64,000 nt of DNA, taken from the NCBI GenBank assembly GCA_963843795.1, contig CAWJLW010000006.1:1674001-1738000 (forward strand), in the 5' to 3' direction. Under the pieces are notes generated by a model, which saw only the letters and a list, made by a program, of their open reading frames with translations, had not been told where the DNA came from and searched no databases. Positions 60,430 through 64,000 of this stretch are shown here, one piece after another. Source of the stretch: an uncultured bacterium. GTDB lineage: Bacteria > Armatimonadota > Abditibacteriia > Abditibacteriales > Abditibacteriaceae. Both the position numbers and the translations under genes were made by a program. Position 1 is the first letter of the stretch; every line of letters starts with the position of its first letter.

Positions 60430-61734
60430 TCAGCCGAAATACTTCCGCGCCGCTGCGCCCCACGCTGCTGTGGTCTGAGCGCGAAAACTGGCATCGTCCC
60501 ATTTGGCTGCCGCTGCATCCAATTCGCTTTCGCTCAGCGGCACATAGCCCAAATTCGGATTGGCTTTCAATTTCTGCGCGATAAGTTCGCGATTATCAAT
60601 TAAAACCGCGCCGATTAAATCATCCAGCGCACGGCGACGTTTGGCGGCTTTATCGGCGTTGTATTGGCGCGCGTTTTGGGTACCATACGGATTTACCGCC
60701 TGCAAATCTGCTGGCAAATCCTTGTACACCGCTGGAAGTGCCGCTTGACGAAACAAAGTATTTTTCTGTGGACCGCCTGCGCTGCCTTTGGGCAGCATCC
60801 ACAACTTCTGGCCTTCGGGCGACATCACGAACGCCACCCACTTTTTCGCCAGTTCCGCGTTCGGAGCGCCGCGTAAAATGCCAATGGGATCGGGCGTCAC
60901 GACGCTTTGGCCTTGCGGCACGATATAGCCCAACTTATCTTTACCCGCGCGTTCAATCGCCGCGCGCGCGTAAAAATCAATCGCCGGAGCCATCGCCGCT
61001 TCGCCGCTTGAAACCGCTTGCGGCAAATCCGACGAACTGCGCGCGAACGAGCGCGTGTTGGCCGTCATACGCGTTAAGATATTCCAGCCCTCGCTCCAGC
61101 CATTGGTTTGTAGCAAAATTTCATAGGCCGCGTGCGCCGAACCCGAATGGCGCGGATCGGCCAACGCGATACGATTGCGCAATTTCGCGTCGCCAAGGCC
61201 AGCCCAGTTCTGCGGCACGGGCAAATTATCGCGTTGGATGACTGCCGTGTTCATCAAAATACCAAAGCCCGACAGAGCTGCGCCTACCCAATGGTTCTCT
61301 TTGCCGCGCAGTGGCACGCCATTAAGCGCAGCGGGAATCCCGTAATCTTCCGGCAAAGCCTGCAAATCGCCGTCGCTGTCCAGTTCCAGAAAAGTTTCCG
61401 CCCCGCCGCCGAAAAAGCAGTCGATACCGATGCCCTGCTCGCCAATTTTGCCCTTGAATTGCGATTGTACAAAGCGCAAATCGTCTGATGTGGCGCCCTT
61501 ATCAATCCATTTAATAATTACTTTCGGATTTTTGGCTTTAAAAACGCGCTCGAATTCGTTCTTAATTTCCAAGCCATGTGGCGAAATAATCACCAATTGC
61601 TCTGACGCACCACCACTCTGCGCGCTTTTCTGTGCGTCGCCACCACAACCCGCCAGAGTCGCAACCGTCATCATTGACGCACCCAAGAATACGCGCCGCG
61701 ACACCCGCCCATGACACTTTATAAATCGTTTCAT
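60430..61734 (-). CDS. ABC transporter substrate-binding lipoprotein (Fe3+/AfuA-like), Tat-type signal
   Basis: SRRVFL, LAGC lipobox, ADPRHSGSA, PDPIGIL, SPEGQ. Confidence 0.85.
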   Translation of the reverse strand: MKRFIKCHGRVSRRVFLGASMMTVATLAGCGGDAQKSAQSGGASEQLVIISPHGLEIKNEFERVFKAKNPKVIIKWIDKGATSDDLRFVQSQFKGKIGEQGIGIDCFFGGGAETFLELDSDGDLQALPEDYGIPAALNGVPLRGKENHWVGAALSGFGILMNTAVIQRDNLPVPQNWAGLGDAKLRNRIALADPRHSGSAHAAYEILLQTNGWSEGWNILTRMTANTRSFARSSSDLPQAVSSGEAAMAPAIDFYARAAIERAGKDKLGYIVPQGQSVVTPDPIGILRGAPNAELAKKWVAFVMSPEGQKLWMLPKGSAGGPQKNTLFRQAALPAVYKDLPADLQAVNPYGTQNARQYNADKAAKRRRALDDLIGAVLIDNRELIAQKLKANPNLGYVPLSESELDAAAAKWDDASFRAQTTAAWGAAARKYFG

Positions 61735-61906
61735 TTTAATTCTCATCTCAAGCTCTATTTAATTTCTAATCGAGTTCTATTGTGGAGCGGTTTAACACTC
61801 GGCACGCACGACCGCAATAACGAAAATTTAACATCATTAAAATCAACACAAAAGTGCATATCATCATTCGATTTTTCTTCGACTTTTCCCTTGAAATTCT
61901 TTCGAT

Positions 61907-61939
61907 TTCATTGATTTCAATGAATAGATAATGTATACT
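61907..61939 (+). promoter_or_regulatory. Sigma70-type promoter with an inverted repeat over the -35 box, upstream of the SRAP gene
   Basis: TTGATT(61911)-N17-TATACT(61934); TTCATTGA-TT-TCAATGAA at 61907-61924. Confidence 0.55.
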
Positions 61940-61974
61940 TTAAGCATACGATTTGAACTATGAGGTGACCAAAG

Positions 61975-62994
61975 ATGAGCGGACGAATTGAGCAGGATTT
62001 TACGAGTGAGGACATGGCGTGGCTGTGGAATGCACGCGTGAATGGTGGCGGCAGTGCGCCACGTTCCAACGTGCGTTCGGGCACGATTCTACGCGCGATT
62101 TGTGCGCGTTACGATGAGAATCGAGAAGAAGCTCAGCGCGTTTTGACCGGTTTGCGTTGGGGTTTAATTCCGCGTACAACGAGCGCAGACGATGTGCGCG
62201 CGGGCCATCGATTGGTATGGGCGCGGCGTGAAACCTTAACGCAGCGCGCCTCGTTTCGCAATTCGTTGCGCGCGCGACGTTGCGTGGTTCCGGTCAATGG
62301 CTGGTTCGCTCGTGTGCGCGAAAATTTTTCGGATGACGCTGCCATCGAGCATCATTTATGGCTGCGTCCGCGCGATGGGCGAATGTGGTCGCTGGCCGGT
62401 TTGTGGGACGAATGGACGGACGAAAACGAACGCGTCCGACGCACCTGTGCTCTGGTTTCGACTGCGCCCAATGCGCGCCTGGAGCGTTTAGGCGTGCGGA
62501 TGCCCGCGATTTTGGACGAAAACGCGGCGCGCGTCTGGTTAGACGGACGCGAACACGGCGGCAAGTACTTGCAGACCTTAGCAAGCACCATTTCTTCGCG
62601 CGAATTAGACATTTCGGTGGTCGCGTCTCCGCGCTGGCGCGAGCAGGACGACGAAAGTTTGCTGGAAGCCGTGCCCGATTCGGACGAAATTATTCAACGT
62701 TTGGGCTTGGCACGCGAGCGCAAAGTTCCCCAGATGAGGCGACAATTGCGGCGCGATTGGCATTCGCCAGATGGTCAGGTTTTCTTCAAAATGCGCTCTT
62801 TAACGCGCGATGACGATACGCGCTGGCATCCGGTGGTTGACACCGGTGACGGCCGCGTGTTCTGCGATTGCCCCGATTTTCATTATCGCCACGCGCGCTT
62901 TCGACCCGATGTGTGGATGCCGCAGCATTGGTGCAAACACGTCGAGCGCGCGGTCAATAATTGTGTAAAACACGGCGATTTGATTGCAGCTTAA
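61975..62994 (+). CDS. SRAP (YedK/HMCES)-family domain lacking catalytic residues, fused to a SWIM-type zinc finger
   Basis: MSGR.., LRWGLIP, ARRETL..FR..RRCVVP, LAGLWDEW, RMPAIL; C-terminal CDCPDF..CKH; RBS GAGGTG. Confidence 0.82.
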   Translation: MSGRIEQDFTSEDMAWLWNARVNGGGSAPRSNVRSGTILRAICARYDENREEAQRVLTGLRWGLIPRTTSADDVRAGHRLVWARRETLTQRASFRNSLRARRCVVPVNGWFARVRENFSDDAAIEHHLWLRPRDGRMWSLAGLWDEWTDENERVRRTCALVSTAPNARLERLGVRMPAILDENAARVWLDGREHGGKYLQTLASTISSRELDISVVASPRWREQDDESLLEAVPDSDEIIQRLGLARERKVPQMRRQLRRDWHSPDGQVFFKMRSLTRDDDTRWHPVVDTGDGRVFCDCPDFHYRHARFRPDVWMPQHWCKHVERAVNNCVKHGDLIAA

Positions 62995-62998
62995 GGCG

Positions 62999-63034
62999 AA
63001 AAAGCATTGTGCAAGTACTTGCACAATGCTTTTT
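62999..63034. terminator. 36-bp perfect palindromic bidirectional terminator centred on the motif
   Basis: AAAAAGCATTGTGCAAGT|ACTTGCACAATGCTTTTT between convergent genes. Confidence 0.85.
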
Positions 63035-63121
63035 GACAGGCTGAATCGCTTAGCCATATCAAAATAGAGTTAAAGTCCACAAAACGTTTTCGAAGAAATA
63101 GTGCTAAGCAGCGTGAAATGA

Positions 63122-64000
63122 TCACGCATTTGTACTGTTCTCATCGCTTTCAATGGCTAAAATCGCCACGCCATACGCGGGCATGGCGATCTGGTTTTCA
63201 TATTCTAGTCCACCAATCAAATCAGTGAATTTCGCTTGTGGCAGCGAAACTGTCACCGCAGCGGCATTGTGATTCAACAGATAAAACAAACTTTGGCCAT
63301 CAGACGAAACGCGTTCGGTGATTTCCAGATTGGCAATTGGCGCGATTTGCAGCGGCGGCGCGATATTTTTCTCCGCGCACAGTTGTGCCAAAATTCCTGA
63401 TAAAGCCGCGCTTTCAGGAACTGTCGCCAGATAATACGCGCGCCCTTTGCCGAAATCGTTTACCGTCAGCGCCGCCTCACCTACGTAGAAATTTTCACCA
63501 TAAGTCGCCAAAACCTGCGCACCTTCTGTATGAATGCGGTCGCACAACGTGCCGCAATGATAAGAACCGTTCAGTTCGCCAAATGCCTTATCGAAAACCA
63601 GATGGTTGCTTTCGGCGGGTGAAAGCACATCAAGTTCTTCCGACCAAATTCCCAATAATTTTCGTAGAGGGCCGGGATAGCCACCCAGAAACGCCAGATC
63701 GTTTTCATCGACGATACCGCTGAAATACGTCGTCAAAAACGTGCCGCCGTTAGAAACGAACGCTTCCAGTTTTTCCGCAATGCCCGGCTTGACCATGCAC
63801 AGAACCGGCGCCACCACTAAATCGTAACCGCTTAAATCTGCATCGGGTGAAACCACGTCGGCGCCGATGCCATTTTGGTGCAGTGCGCCGTAGAATTGCA
63901 GGCACTGTGGCACATATTTCATATCGACCGAAGGTCCGGACGCGTTTTCAATCGCCCACCAATTTTCCCAATCAAATAGAAGTGCCACGCGCGATTGAAC
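63122..64000 (-). CDS. GH42 beta-galactosidase, C-terminal part (5' end outside the window)
   Basis: VALLFDWENWWA, FVSNGG, SGIVDEND..GGYPGPLRKLLGI, FYLLNH (trimerisation and C-terminal domains). Confidence 0.88.
   Translation of the reverse strand, partial: VQSRVALLFDWENWWAIENASGPSVDMKYVPQCLQFYGALHQNGIGADVVSPDADLSGYDLVVAPVLCMVKPGIAEKLEAFVSNGGTFLTTYFSGIVDENDLAFLGGYPGPLRKLLGIWSEELDVLSPAESNHLVFDKAFGELNGSYHCGTLCDRIHTEGAQVLATYGENFYVGEAALTVNDFGKGRAYYLATVPESAALSGILAQLCAEKNIAPPLQIAPIANLEITERVSSDGQSLFYLLNHNAAAVTVSLPQAKFTDLIGGLEYENQIAMPAYGVAILAIESDENSTNA

Larger units (their letters stand above)
782..63022. repeat. Dispersed, highly iterated 12-bp palindrome GCAAGTACTTGC (often TGCAAGTACTTGCA)
   Basis: Exact copies start at 782, 2204, 2961, 8097, 11586, 13164, 14680, 15627, 17149, 17230, 18489, 19952, 22398, 23925, 27297, 31497, 32915, 35742, 36019, 36660, 37667, 40511, 43832, 44938, 46276, 46529, 49178, 54930, 55819, 57229, 57874, 57915, 60409, 62561, 63011. 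One-mismatch copies at 5509, 10445, 11891, 28409, 28565, 32943, 51193. Confidence 0.97.

Noticed and set aside
782..63022. The GCAAGTACTTGC repeats as a CRISPR array, MITE or classical REP/RAYT element
   Set aside because: The copies are dispersed, with no regular spacers, no shared flanks or target duplications, and no cas or transposase gene. Many lie in frame within genes.
782..63022. The palindrome as an ordinary transcription-factor operator (for example a LexA box)
   Set aside because: It is too frequent and invariant, it lies after stop codons of convergent genes and inside CDSs, and it shows no link to one functional class.

Overview
A gene-dense chromosomal window of moderate GC from a free-living bacterium. 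The gene repertoire (DUF1559/H-X9-DG prepilin-like protein, CRTAC1, stalk-domain protein, many glycoside hydrolases, Bacteroidota/Firmicutes-type sdhCAB) suggests Abditibacteriota or Armatimonadota; this is an inference. It contains housekeeping genes (menG/ubiX/ubiA-like, secDF, dut, tRNA-Ser, rfbA/rfbC, sdhCAB, uvrB), signalling genes (CHASE2 sensor, two lone receivers, GGDEF-EAL, KaiC-like ATPase), transporters and carbohydrate-active enzymes. I found no integrase, transposase, prophage or CRISPR array. The most striking signal is a 12-bp perfect palindrome, GCAAGTACTTGC, that I counted by eye in 35 exact copies plus near-matches. It occurs at many gene junctions, forms the invariant centre of many otherwise different terminator-like hairpins, and is also embedded in coding regions in all three frames, much as DNA-uptake sequences or HIP1 do. 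Other highlights are two tandem orphan RiPP-like precursors with lasso-type leaders but non-lasso cores (each followed by a conserved structured element), an SRAP domain lacking its catalytic residues fused to a SWIM-type zinc finger, a prepilin-FecR fusion before a CHASE2 sensor, an NDP-sugar synthase-TrmB-like HTH fusion beside a KaiC-like ATPase, and four TACACT-N6-ATG leaderless-type starts. The frameshifts in secD, sdhA, sdhB and uvrB are most likely sequencing errors.
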